A DNA stretch of 64,000 bases from positions 352,001-416,000 of the forward strand of contig CAWJKZ010000019.1 in the NCBI GenBank assembly GCA_963843575.1, given 5' to 3'. Below are positions 31,682 to 42,909 of the stretch, one piece after another; position 1 is the stretch's first letter; each line of letters opens with the position of its first letter. The notes under the pieces were generated by a model. That model saw only the letters and a program-made list of their open reading frames with translations, was not told the origin of the DNA and ran no database searches. Source of the stretch: an uncultured Acidobacteriota bacterium (GTDB taxonomy: Bacteria > Acidobacteriota > UBA6911). Both the position numbers and the translations under genes were made by a program.

Positions 31682-33448
31682 ACACGTGGCCCGCGAAACC
31701 TCGCTGCAATCGGCCTGTCGTACACGCGCTCCTCAGCCTCATGATTCTGCGGGCAGCGGCCCTTGCGGGCGCGGACGCGCCGGCGGTCGACGGCGGTGCC
31801 GTTTCAGGATGCAGCGGAGGAGACCGGACTCCGGTTCCGGCACTTCATCGGGGCCACCGGTTCGTACTTCGTCCCGGAGATTTTCGGTTCGGGAATCGCA
31901 GTCCTGGATTACGACGGGGACGGCGATCTCGATGTGTACATCCTGCAGGGCACGATCCTCGACAAGACAAAGTCTCTCAAGGACTCCCTCTTCCCGCCGC
32001 CGGCGGAGCACTTTCCCGGCAACAGGCTGTTTCGCAATGACCTGGTCCCATCCGGGCAAACTCACCTTCACGGACGTCACCGACAAGGCCGGTGTGGCCG
32101 GAAACGGGGGATACGCGATGGGCGTGGCGGTCGGCGACTACGACAACGACGGCCGCCCCGACTGTACGTCACTAACTACGGCCGGGACATGCTCTTGCAC
32201 AACAACGGCGACGGCACTTTCGCCGACGTCAGCAAAGAAGCGCTCTCCCGCAGGACGAGTCGTTCGGCTCCAGCGCGGCATTCGTGGACTACGACCGGGA
32301 CGGGTTTCTCGACCTGTTCGTCGTACGCTACAACTCGTTTCGGGTTCAGGCCGGCAAGCAGTGCACGGGTTACGCGGGCGGACGCGAGTACTGCGGCCCG
32401 GGGGACTATCGCCCGATCCCCGGCAAGCTTTACCACAACGACGGTCACGGGCACTTTCGTCGACGTCACCAGCAGGGCGGGGATCAGCGCGGCGTACGGG
32501 AACGGACTCGGAGTGCATCTGCGCGATTTCAACGACGACGGCTGGATCGACATATTCGTCGCCAACGACAAGACCCCCAATCAACTGTGGATCAACAGGC
32601 AGAACGGAACCTTCGAGGATGAGGCGCTCGTGGCAGGCGTCGCCTACGACGAACTGGGCAAAGAGCACGCGGGGATGGGCGTCACCGCCGCCGATTTCGA
32701 CGGGGACGGCGACGAGGACATCTTCATCGCCAACATCATGGGCGAGACCCACATGCTGTATCAGAACCAGGGGAAGGGAATGTTCCGCGACGCGACGACC
32801 CTTTTCGGACTGGGCGGCACGACGGTGCCCTACACGGGATTCGGCACCCTCTGGTTCGACTATGACAACGACGGGAGGCTGGACATCTTCATCGCCAACG
32901 GCGAGGTCAGGATGATCGAGGCGCTCCGCGGCAAGCCGTTCCCGTATGATCAGAAGAGCCAGCTGTTCCACAACGAGGGCAAGGGATTTCGCGACGTGTC
33001 TGCCGAGGCCGGGCCGGCCTTCCAGTATTCCGGCGTGGGCCGCGGCGCCGCATTCGGCGACATCGACAACGACGGAGACATCGACATCGCCGTCAGCAAC
33101 GCCAACGGACCCGCCCGCCTCCTCGTCAACCAGGCCGGCCAACGGAATCACTGGCTGGGAGTGCGGCTCCAGGGAGTGACCGTGAACCGGGATGCCTATG
33201 GCGCGCGCCTCGCCCTGCTGCGCAAGGGCCGCCCGCCGCTGTGGCGCCGCGTCGCCGCCGACGGAAGCTATCTCAGCTCGAACGACCCGAGGGTCCATTT
33301 CGGACTGGGGAGCGACGAAGACCTGCGGTCGGCGCCGCCGGAAAGCCTGCTGGTGATCTGGCCGAACGGCACGAAGGAAACGTGGGCCATCCAGAAAACC
33401 GATACCCTGCTCGACCTGCGCCAGGGCGGCGGTGCTGCAGAACGCTGA
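31678..33448 (+). CDS. CRTAC1-family (FG-GAP + ASPIC/UnbV) protein, frameshifted as given
   Basis: DYDGDGDLD, DFNDDGWID, GRGAAFGDIDNDGD, GSYLSSND.RVHFGLG; about 5 frame changes. Confidence 0.85.
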
Positions 33449-33494
33449 TTCTAAGGGATTAAATCCGCGTGCACCAGCGTCGATCCGCGTCCTG
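33438..33494. repeat. Repeat family C element overlapping the CRTAC1 stop
   Basis: CAGAACGCTGATT...AATCCGCGTG..GATCCGCGTCCTG. Confidence 0.6.
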
Positions 33495-33594
33495 GAGAGT
33501 ACTTGGGTTGACACCTGTCCGACAAAAGACATAGAGTCTGGTGCCGCTTGCAGGGCCTTCTACCTGCACCCAACCGACCGGAGGATGAAACCAG

Positions 33595-35651
33595 ATGAGG
33601 CAGGTTATCTGTTGGCTGATCTTTTTCGCACCCGCCGTCCATGCCGCCGCCCACAATGCTCTCCTGCCGCATCCGCAATCGGTGCGCTATGGGACCGGGA
33701 CGACGGCGATCAATGGTCTTACCATCCGCTTCGGATCGAACCCCAGCGCCGAGGACCGGTTTGCCGCCCAGCAACTCTCCTCCAGGCTGTCGGCGATCGC
33801 CCAGACGCTCGTACCGATCCAGGAGGTCGCCGCGCACCGGTCCTGCCATCGTGCTGACCCGCACGGGCGATGTCGCGGCGCTGCCCCTCGCGGACGAGCG
33901 TCCCGGGCCGGAATCGCGCGAATCGTATTCACTGAAGATCACGCCGGACGGCGCCGAAATCCGCGCGGTTTCCTCCGCCGGTTTGTTTTACGGAGTTCAG
34001 ACCCTGCTCCAGATGGTCGAGGGCGTGGGGAGCCAGGCGGTTCTCCCGGCCGCCGAGATCCGGGACTGGCCGACGCTGGCCTATCGGGGTTTCATGATGG
34101 ACTTGGGGCACGGCCAGTTGCTCCGCGTATCCGAGATCGAACGCCAGATCGATCACCTGGCGAGGTTCAAGGCGAATCAGTATTACTTCTATTCCGAAGC
34201 CACTATCGAGCTGGACGGGTATTCGCTGGTTAACCCGAAGGGCCGGTACAGTCGCGAGGAGATCAGACACGTCATCGACTACGCCCGCGAGCGCCACGTC
34301 GACGTCGTGCCCTGCCTGGAACTCTACGGCCACCTGCACGACCTGTTCCGGGTCGAGCAGTTTTCCGACCTTTCGCTGCCGCGCTACGGCGGGCGAGTTC
34401 GACCCGCGCAATCCGAAAGTCCTGCAGGTGCTGGATGGATGGGTGGAGCAGACGGCCAAGCTCTTCCCCAGCCCCTGGTACCACGTGGGCTTCGACGAGC
34501 CGTGGGCGCTGGGCAAGATCGGCGCGACCGAGGGGAGCGACCCGTTCAGGGTCTACATCGACGTGCTCCGTCACGTCGCGGGACAGGCGCAGAAGTTCAA
34601 CAAGCGCCTCATGTTCTGGGCGGATATGCTGAGCGGCGCCCGCATTTTCTCCAAACATCCCGAACTGATCGGGGAATTGCCCAAGGGCACGATCGCGGTG
34701 CCGTGGGTCTATGACGACCGGCCCGACTTCGTGCCTTACCTCGAGCCGCTGGCGAAGATGAACATTCCTACGGTATCCGCCCCGGGCGTCTGGAACTGGA
34801 ACGAAGTGTTCCCGGATTACCACAAGACGTTCAAGAACATCAACGGGCTGCTCGGGACCGGGAAGAAGTACAACACGCTCGGCATCCTGAACACGGGCTG
34901 GACCGACAGCGCGCAGACGATCTACCGGATGTCCCTTCCCGGCCTTGCGCTGAGCGGCGTGGCAGGCTGGCAGCCCGAGGCCGTCGACGCCGCCACCTAT
35001 TTCGACGAGTACTGCCGCCAGATGTACCCGGCGGCCGTCGCCGCGGAGGTCGCTCCGGCCCTGGAGGAACTGTCGAGCGCCGAACAGATCTTCACGAAGG
35101 CCCTCGGCGGGCCCACGATTCATCAACTCTGGATGGATCCGCTCGACCCGGCCCGGCTGGAGCGCCTGGAAGCGAACCGGGACGACTTGCGGAAAGCCCG
35201 CCTGCTGGCCGAGAGCGCCTACGTCCGGTTGCAGCGCGCGCTGAAGATGCAGGGCGACCCTGTCTCGCTGCAGAGCCTGCTCCTGGGCGCCCGCATGTTC
35301 GACTACCTCGGCATGAAGAGCCTCTATGCGACGGAATGGGCGGATTACTTCCGCAAACTGAAGGGCAACCCGGAGCCCGAACTGGTGAGCTTTTACCTGA
35401 ACACGCAGATCGCCTCGCAGGATCACGGCATGCTGGCGGACCTCATGGATCTGATCGCGGAACTGCGGGAAGAGTACCGCGAAGCCTGGCTGCAGGAGAG
35501 CACTTCGTATCGGCTGGGTACCGCGCTGGCGCGGTGGGATGCCGAGGCGGAGTACTGGAGGTCGATGCAGGTGCGGGTTCCCCGGGTGTCGCGCGGCTAC
35601 AAGAAAGGCGACCCGTTCCCGTCCATCGATGTGTTGAGACCTGTGCAGTGA
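33595..35651 (+). CDS. GH20-family hexosaminidase-like protein, subtype 1 (two frameshifts as given)
   Basis: ESYSL.I..GLFYGVQTL.Q, DWP.L.YRG.MMD, HVGFDE catalytic DE; shifts near 33835 and 34392. Confidence 0.85.
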
Positions 35652-35679
35652 CAAAGCGCGGTCAGGATGGAGGTGCCCT

Positions 35680-36764
35680 GTGAAAGACGGTAAGTACGGC
35701 GTGCTCGTTCACGGCGCGGGGTGGGTTTCGGGGCAGCACGTTGCCGCCTTCACCCGCAACCCGCACACGGAAGTCGTCGCGATCTCAAGCCGCAAGCGGA
35801 CCAGCGCGCAGGCCCGGGCCGACGAGGCCGGGCTGACGGGAATCGGCATCTACGACGACTTCCAACGGGCCCTGCAGCACGAGGGTGTCGACATCGTCTC
35901 GATCTGCACGCCCCAGCACGTCCACTGCGAGAACGTCCTTGCCGCGGCCGCCGCCGGGAAAACACCTCGTGATCGAAAAGCCGGTCGGCAACTCGCTCGA
36001 CGAGTTGCGGCAGATGCGGGACGCGGTGCGCCGGGCACGGGTCAAAACCATCGTGAGCTTCGTGCTGCGCTGGAACCCGCTCTTCAGGACGATCAAGTCC
36101 ATGATCGCCGACGACGCCCTCGGCAAGGTCTACTTCGTCGAGACCGACTACGAGCACAACGTGGCCGGCTGGTGGAGCGGGTACGAGGACATCCGGAAGG
36201 CGTCGACCGGCGTCAACGCCTTCCTGGTCGGCGGCTGTCACGCCATCGACGCCCTGCGCTGGTTCGCCGGTCAAGGCGAGTTCGAGGCCGCCCGGCCGGT
36301 CGAGGTGTTTGCGTATTCGGGCGGCTGGCGCAAGGGCGTTCCCCGGGAATTCAACTATTTCAAGAACGAGTTCGGCGAGGGCCGGCCCCTGGAGTACGAC
36401 GGGCTGGAAGTCGCGCTGGTCAAGTTCGCCAACGGCGCACTCGGCAAGGTCTCGGTCAACTTCGACTGCGTCATGCCTTACACGTTCCCGATCGAGATCT
36501 TCGGCGACAAGGGGACCGTCCGCGACAACAGGGTGTGGTCACACAAATTTCCCGGCACAGAACGGTTGGGTGCAAATCCCGGCCGTGTTGCCGGATTCCG
36601 CGGAAGTGTCGCACCATCCCTTCCAGGGACAGATGGACCACTTCGTCGAGTGTCTTTTGGCGGACCGGGAATCGCACTGCAACCTGGAGGATGCGATCCT
36701 GACCCACGAGATCGTATTCGCGGCCCAGGAGTGCTACCGGACGCACGCCCCGGTAAGGCTGTAA
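35680..36764 (+). CDS. Gfo/Idh/MocA oxidoreductase (two frameshifts as given)
   Basis: GAGWV, ICTP..H, GKHLVIEKP, GCHAID; shifts near 35960 and 36558. Confidence 0.85.
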
Positions 36765-37068
36765 TGGAGTGCGGCGCCTCGGCGCCGCTTGACGTGCGTC
36801 CTACGGCCGAGATACCCGGCGCCTTGGCGCCATTCCGGATTGCGGCATTCGGGCGGCGTCGAGCCGTCGAGCCGCCGCAAACAAAGCGGCGTCGAGCGCA
36901 GCTCGAGCGCGCCGCACTCCAAACGCCGCATGTGGAGTGCGGCGCCTGGGCGCCGCTTGACGTGCGTGCGACGGCCGAGAACACCCGGCGCCTCGGCGCC
37001 ATTCCGGATCGCGGCACTCGGGCGGCGCCGAGGCGCCGCAAACAAAGCGGTCGAGCCGCCGCACTCCA
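36765..37068. repeat. Tandem pair of family B MITE-like cassettes
   Basis: Units 36765-36921 and 36933-37068, each bounded by TGGAGTGCGGCG/CGCCGCACTCCA with a homologous interior. Confidence 0.85.
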
Positions 37069-37071
37069 GAA

Positions 37072-37965
37072 TCACACGAGGCGTTCTACAAAGGCGCGCG
37101 CCTTCTTCGCCTCGGCGAGCAACTGGGGGAGGTCTCCGGGAGCCAGGCACTCGATGATGAGCGGGCCGCCGGTGAAGCCGCCCCGCTTCAGGTGCGACAT
37201 CACCTCGGGAAACCTGACCATCCCGGTGCCGGGCGTCAGTTCGACGTCTTTCGGCATCCGGAAGTCCTTGACCGACATGCCGGCCACGAGCCCGTCGACG
37301 GTCGCCGAATCGTCCGCGGGGTCGAGTTTCCCGTCCGAGTAGTAGAAGATGTTCCCCGGGTCGTACCACAGCCTGAAGTTCTTCTGCCCGACCGATTCGA
37401 TCAGCTTGCGGCACTGGGGGCCTGTGGCGTTCGTCCCCCCGTGCGGTTTTACGCTAACCCCGATCCCCTTCTCGGCCGCATACGGACAGCACTCCTTGAC
37501 GGCCTGGTAATAGGGAGCCTCCAGTTTCGGATTGCTCACCCCGCCCATCATCAGGTTTGAGATGCCGGCGGCCGCGCAGTTGTCGATGAGGCGGCGGAGG
37601 CCCTGGATGCCCGCCTCGAGCGACTTCGCAACGGGAATGTCCCCCCCATACAGCGACGGCACCGTGAGCTTGCGTTTCTTACACTCTTCCCCGACCTTCC
37701 GGGCCTCCTCCACCGTCGTGTCGACGGAGATGACGAGGTTATTCGGCGACTTCGTCGTCATCAGGCCGACATACTTGAATCCAGCTTCGGCGATCGCGTC
37801 GAGCGCGACGGTGTACTCGTGGTTGGCCCAGGGCCGGGTGTAACAGCCGATCTGAAAGCCCCGAGCGGGCGCGGCCAAAGTGGATGCGACCTGCGGGCCG
37901 AAAGCGCCCGCCACAAGCGCCCCCTTCAAGATCTCGCGGCGCGACATTTCACGATTTGACTTCAC
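37072..37965 (-). CDS. Tat-exported sugar phosphate isomerase/epimerase (xylose-isomerase-like TIM barrel)
   Basis: SRREILK Tat motif; KPHGG, YDPGN, KD, PGTG.V.F, G.L.IE; GTG start after GGAGGAG. Confidence 0.85.
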   Translation of the reverse strand: MKSNREMSRREILKGALVAGAFGPQVASTLAAPARGFQIGCYTRPWANHEYTVALDAIAEAGFKYVGLMTTKSPNNLVISVDTTVEEARKVGEECKKRKLTVPSLYGGDIPVAKSLEAGIQGLRRLIDNCAAAGISNLMMGGVSNPKLEAPYYQAVKECCPYAAEKGIGVSVKPHGGTNATGPQCRKLIESVGQKNFRLWYDPGNIFYYSDGKLDPADDSATVDGLVAGMSVKDFRMPKDVELTPGTGMVRFPEVMSHLKRGGFTGGPLIIECLAPGDLPQLLAEAKKARAFVERLV

Positions 37966-37996
37966 GGATGCTCCTCCTCTGCTTGGGTGGTTGCGC

Positions 37997-39238
37997 CTAC
38001 CCTTCGCGAATCTCACGTGTTTTCGGATCGTACACCTGACGGCGGCCCGTGTCGAAGGCGCGGACGGCCATCAGGCACGCCACCGCGTGCTGGTACCCGG
38101 CGTCTATGGACGCGTTCGGCGTCTTGCGCGACCGCAGGCACTGCAGCCAGTCCAGGAAGTGCTCGGGATGCTCCACCGGTTCCACGTCCTTCTTCAGCTC
38201 CTTCGTGCCCTCCTTGGCCCCCTCGGTCGAAAAGACCGGCTTGTCCCAGTTCAGGAGGTCGAGCGCACCCTGGTCCCCGAAGATCCGGAAGGTGCTGCCG
38301 CTCGCGTTCCCGAAATTGGACGAGTAGGTCACCATGAATCCCTCGGGGTAGATCCACGCGGCCTGCACGTGATCGGGACACGTGAAGTTGTACTTGTCCT
38401 TCCAGGTGTACACGCCGCCCAGGCAGACGGCGCTGACCGGGAACGACGCGCCGGTGATGTAGTGGACGAGGTCCAGGTAATGGCTGCCAAACCCGGTGAC
38501 CGGTCCGTCGGATGTCTCGCGGTAGCCGTACCACCCCGAATAGCGGACCGGATCGAAGGGCATGGCCGGCAGGTCCGTCAGGAATTCTTTCCAGTCCACG
38601 TCCTCTTTGCGCACTTCCTTGATGTAGTGGTACCAATAGGGTGCGTTCGAGTTGCGGCATTGTTCTATCCGCGAGACCTTGCCCAGCGCGCCCGATTGAA
38701 ACAGGGCCCGCGCGCCCGTCATGCTGCTCATGCTGCGCAGCTGCGTCCCCACCTGACAGACGACGTTGCCGGCCTTGACCGCGTCGACGGCGGCCTTGAG
38801 CGGCTTCATGGCCTTGCCGAGCGGCTTTTCGCAGTAGACGTCCTTTTTCGCCCGCGCGGCGGCCTCGAGGTGGGTCGTGTGCTGGTGGTCGCACGACGCG
38901 ATCATGACCGCGTCGACGTCGTTCAGCGCCAGCAGGTCCCGGTAGGACGCAAACTGGCGCACGTCGCGTCCATACCACTGCTTCGCCTTGGCGGCCGCCA
39001 GCTCGCGGCGGACTCGCCACGGATCGCACACCGCCGTGATCTCGATGTTCTGTTCTTTGGCGTACTGGTTCACCCCCGGCATGTGGGCTTCGGCGCCCCT
39101 GTCGCCGCAGCCGATGATGCCTATCGAAATCCGGTCGTTGGCGCCCTTGATGCGCGCATAGCTCGATGCGGCAACCGATAGCGTCGCCGCGCCGGCCGCT
39201 GCCGTCGTCAGGAACTCGCGTCGGGTCGTGTTCGGCAT
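37997..39238 (-). CDS. Tat-exported Gfo/Idh/MocA oxidoreductase
   Basis: TRREFL; GANDRI.IG.IGCG.RG; DH.H; DVYCEKP; QVG.Q.RS; H.LD. Confidence 0.92.
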   Translation of the reverse strand: MPNTTRREFLTTAAAGAATLSVAASSYARIKGANDRISIGIIGCGDRGAEAHMPGVNQYAKEQNIEITAVCDPWRVRRELAAAKAKQWYGRDVRQFASYRDLLALNDVDAVMIASCDHQHTTHLEAAARAKKDVYCEKPLGKAMKPLKAAVDAVKAGNVVCQVGTQLRSMSSMTGARALFQSGALGKVSRIEQCRNSNAPYWYHYIKEVRKEDVDWKEFLTDLPAMPFDPVRYSGWYGYRETSDGPVTGFGSHYLDLVHYITGASFPVSAVCLGGVYTWKDKYNFTCPDHVQAAWIYPEGFMVTYSSNFGNASGSTFRIFGDQGALDLLNWDKPVFSTEGAKEGTKELKKDVEPVEHPEHFLDWLQCLRSRKTPNASIDAGYQHAVACLMAVRAFDTGRRQVYDPKTREIREG

Positions 39239-39497
39239 TAAGCTCCTCCAAGGTACGGTTTGAACGCGAGCATAAGCGCCGCGGCCCCCCCGAGTCAAAC
39301 CCGATTCCCGCAGCGAACCGTTGCCCGGAGGTGTCCCCGAGCGGGCACAGGGCTGCATTCGCGAGGGAGTATTAGTGATGTCTAATCACCGGGTTCTGCC
39401 TGAAAGAACTTGACCGGCCCGGGGTAAGGCGAAGATACTGGCGGGATATTTTAACCAGTCCGCCAAGGCGGAGGCTGAAAGCGAAGAGGGATTGAAA

Positions 39498-42400
39498 ATG
39501 CACACACCAGTCAGGAAAGTCTGCGGCGCGTTTCTCGGGCTCTTGTTTCTGTTGTCGCTCCTCACCGTGCCTGTGTTCTGCCAGGAGGGTCTCTCGACAC
39601 TCCGTGGAACTGCGACCGACACCAGCGGAGCGGTTGTGCCTGGCGTCACCGTGACGGCCCGGGAAGTTCTGACCAACGTCGTGGCTGCGAACCGTGACGA
39701 CGGATGCACAGGGAAATTACGAGATGCCGGCCCTGAAGTCAGGCACCTACCAGGTGACGGCCACCCTGACCGGCTTCAAGAAGGCTGTGGTGGACGGCGT
39801 CCTGCTGCAGAGCAACCAGGTGCGGCGCGTCGATGTCACGCTGGAGGTGGGCGAGGTCACAACGGAAGTGACGGTGGATGCGTCCGCCGCCGCGATCCAG
39901 ACGGAAGAGGGGAAAATCGCATCGGATTTCAAAGCCGCGGAACAGTACGCGACTCTGCCGATCCCCGGCAACGCCTTCTCCGGCACGTATGCGGTTCTGG
40001 CTATTCTTGCCGGACGTCCAGAGGGAACCTGGCGATTGGGGATCCCCGAGATTCGCAGGCCAGGGCGGCGCCCAGGTCCACATGGGCTCGGATGGTGTAA
40101 AAGAAGAGACGATGAACAGCCAGACCGTCAACATGGAGGCTGTGGCCGAAGTCAAGGCGGTCGTGGTGAACAACACCGCCGATTACTGCGCGGGTAGGCT
40201 ACTTCGACACCATCACCAAGAGCGGTACAAACGACTTTCATTTCGACGGTTCCTACTATCACCGGAACTCGGCGTTCGGTGCGCGCAACTTCTTCGAGGA
40301 CAAGAAAGCACCGGTTATCTATCACACGTTCAACCTTGCGGCCTCGGGCCCCATCATCAAGAACAAGACCTTCTTCTACGCCATGTGGAACGGCGAACGT
40401 GTTCCCGCGACACACCTTCCACCTTAACAATGTGCCCACCAACGCGATGCGGGCAGGGGATTTCTCGGCAATCGGAACCATTACCGATCCGACTGACAGG
40501 CTTGCCGTTCACGGGAAACCAGATTCCGGCCTCGAGGATCAGCGGTGTCGCCAAGGCGACTCAGGATCTGTTGCTCCCTGCTCCGAACCGCGGCGACCCG
40601 AACGCTTCCGGTGAACAACTTCGGCTGGTTGTGGCCCTACCCGGACGACCAGTTCTATGCGGACATCTTTTCGGTTCGCATCGACCATCGCCTGTCGGAG
40701 AAGAACTCGCTCTATGGCAGGATACAGACGTACTTGCCGAAGTACGTCTTGTCGAGCAATTACCCTGCGACAGGTTGGACTCGGATGCGGCACAGTTACT
40801 CCTGGGTCATCACCGACACCCACGACATTTTCGCCGACCCTGGTCAATTCTTTCACGTTCGGAGGCAACTGGGATTCGGACGAACTGACGACAGGGATGG
40901 TGAATGGATACCAGCCGATCTCCGGCTCGGACCTGGTGCAGAAGATGGGATTGCAGGGCGTCAACAAGAAGGGTATCAGTTCGCCCGGCGGCTCCCCAGT
41001 ATTCAGCATCAGCGGTTACGAGCGATATATACACCAACGGGGGAGGGTACGACCTATCGAACCGGAATTTCAACGTGGCCGATTCCGTGACCTGGGCCAA
41101 GGGCAGACACGTGATAAAGATCGGAGGAGAGCTCAGAACGTACGGCAACTATAACGAAATAGGTCGACAATGACGAATTTCGGCAGCTTCTCGTTCAACG
41201 GTTCGTTCACTGGAGACGCGTACGCCGACTTTCTGCTGGGGTTGCCCAAGTCCAGCACCCGGCTGGATCCCCTGGTAAATCGGACCCAGTCGTCCAAGGA
41301 GCTGGGTTTGTTCATCACCGACACATTCAAGGTAACGCCCAAGCTGACCCTCGACCTCGGCCTGCGCTGGGACCGCTTCAGCGCGACGACCTATGATGAC
41401 GGACTTGATGGTCAACTGGGATCCCGCGACCGGCAACGTGATCGTACCCCAGGGTGCCATGGACAAGATCAGTCCCCTGTATCCCAGCAACATCAACATC
41501 GTCGCCGGTGACGTGGTGCCGAAGCCGGACAACAAGAACTTCGTGCCGCGCATTGGTTTCGCCTACCGCCTGAGTGACAAGACGGTCCTGCGCGGAGGTT
41601 ACGGGATCTTCAACGAGTTCCTGGGTCAATTCAGCCGCGTCAACGGCGGAGGGCCCTTCGAGATCGCCGAGTACTATACCAACTCGATCACCAACGGTGT
41701 GCCGTTCTTCCAGATGCCGAATCCGTTCCCCTCCACGCCTGGTGTCGGCGGACATCCCGTCGCAGAGCGTTACCGCCTACCCGATGCAGACGAAGAACGG
41801 CCAGATCCACCAGTTCAACCTGAGCCTGGAACGGCAATTCAAGGATATCGGGCTCCGGCTCTCTTACATCGGCTCCCGGAACCGCAACATGAACTACGGC
41901 ATCGGGACCAACAGTCCCGCAACCGAGCCTGATCCCGTTCAGCGATGACCGGCGGCCGTATCCTCAGTTTGTCGGTACCAGCGTGTATCGCACCGACGGC
42001 GCTCAGAACTACGACTCCATGAGCTTCGAGGTCAACCGGCGCGTCGGATGGGTGATGTTCGACGGGCACTGGACATGGGCGCACGCGATGGACAACACGC
42101 TGAACACCCAGAATCCCTACGCCCCGCTGGTCTGGAACCGCGATTTCTTTGCCAAGCACCGGGTGGTGTTGAACACCATGTGGCAGTTGCCGTTCGGGCA
42201 TGGAAAGCGGTATGCCAAGGGCATCCCCCCTGCGGCGGACAAGATCATCGGCGGATGGAGCATCACGTGGGTAGCCTATCTGCAGACCGGTCAGTTCTTC
42301 TCGCCCTCCTTCTCCGATGCGGATCCGTCCAATACAAACAGTTTCGGCGGGTTACCCGACCGGATCTGCAATGGCAACCTGGATCCAGGCCAGCGCACCA

Positions 42401-42717
42401 TCGGCCGCTGGTTTGACACGAGCTGCTTCGTGAATCCACCGGCGGGCAGGTTCGGCAACAGCGGCGCCAATATCCTCGAAGGGCCGGGGATGCAGATCCA
42501 CAACGTGACCTTCACGAAGGGTTTCAAGATCAGCGAAAGGGTAACATTCGACTTCATGACGCTGGTCGGCAACGTCTTCAATCACCCCAACTTCCTGGCG
42601 CCGGAATCCGACATCTCCACGTCGGGCGCCGGCGTCATCGGATCCACGTATGGATTTTTTGCAGCGGAGAGAGCGAACGCCCGCATGATCGAATTCAGAG
42701 CACGCCTCCGCTTCTGA
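39498..42717 (+). CDS. Oar-like TonB-dependent receptor with carboxypeptidase-regulatory-like N-domain, heavily frameshifted as given
   Basis: G..TD.SGAVVPG..VT, TKSG.N.FH, LTLDLGLRWD, PRIGFAY, FGN.G.N...GPG, C-terminal R.IEF.ARLRF; about 10 frame changes. Confidence 0.85.
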
Positions 42718-42754
42718 GCCTGTTGACGAATCGAGGTCTTGACCAAGCGATTAT

Positions 42755-42807
42755 CGCCCTGGACGGGGCGCGGGGACTTTGACCCCGCGCCCTTTCCAGG
42801 GCGTTTT
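42755..42807 (+). terminator. Long hairpin after TonB receptor
   Basis: CGCCCTGGA..GGGCGCGGGG-loop-CCCCGCGCCC..TCCAGGGCG followed by TTTT. Confidence 0.65.
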
Positions 42808-42909
42808 CGTCGTTGAACGTCGAGTATCCGCGTGTAACCGCGAAGATCCGCGTCCAGGAAGTATTTCTGAACACGAGTCCCAACCCGTCTCCAGCGGAGG
42901 AACAGCTGC

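Noticed and set aside
36765-37068. Possible CRISPR array
   Set aside because: Interiors are homologous rather than unique spacers, only two units, no cas genes
39498-42717. Programmed frameshifting or phase variation in the TonB receptor
   Set aside because: Too many shifts, no long slippery tracts; same pattern in neighbouring genes
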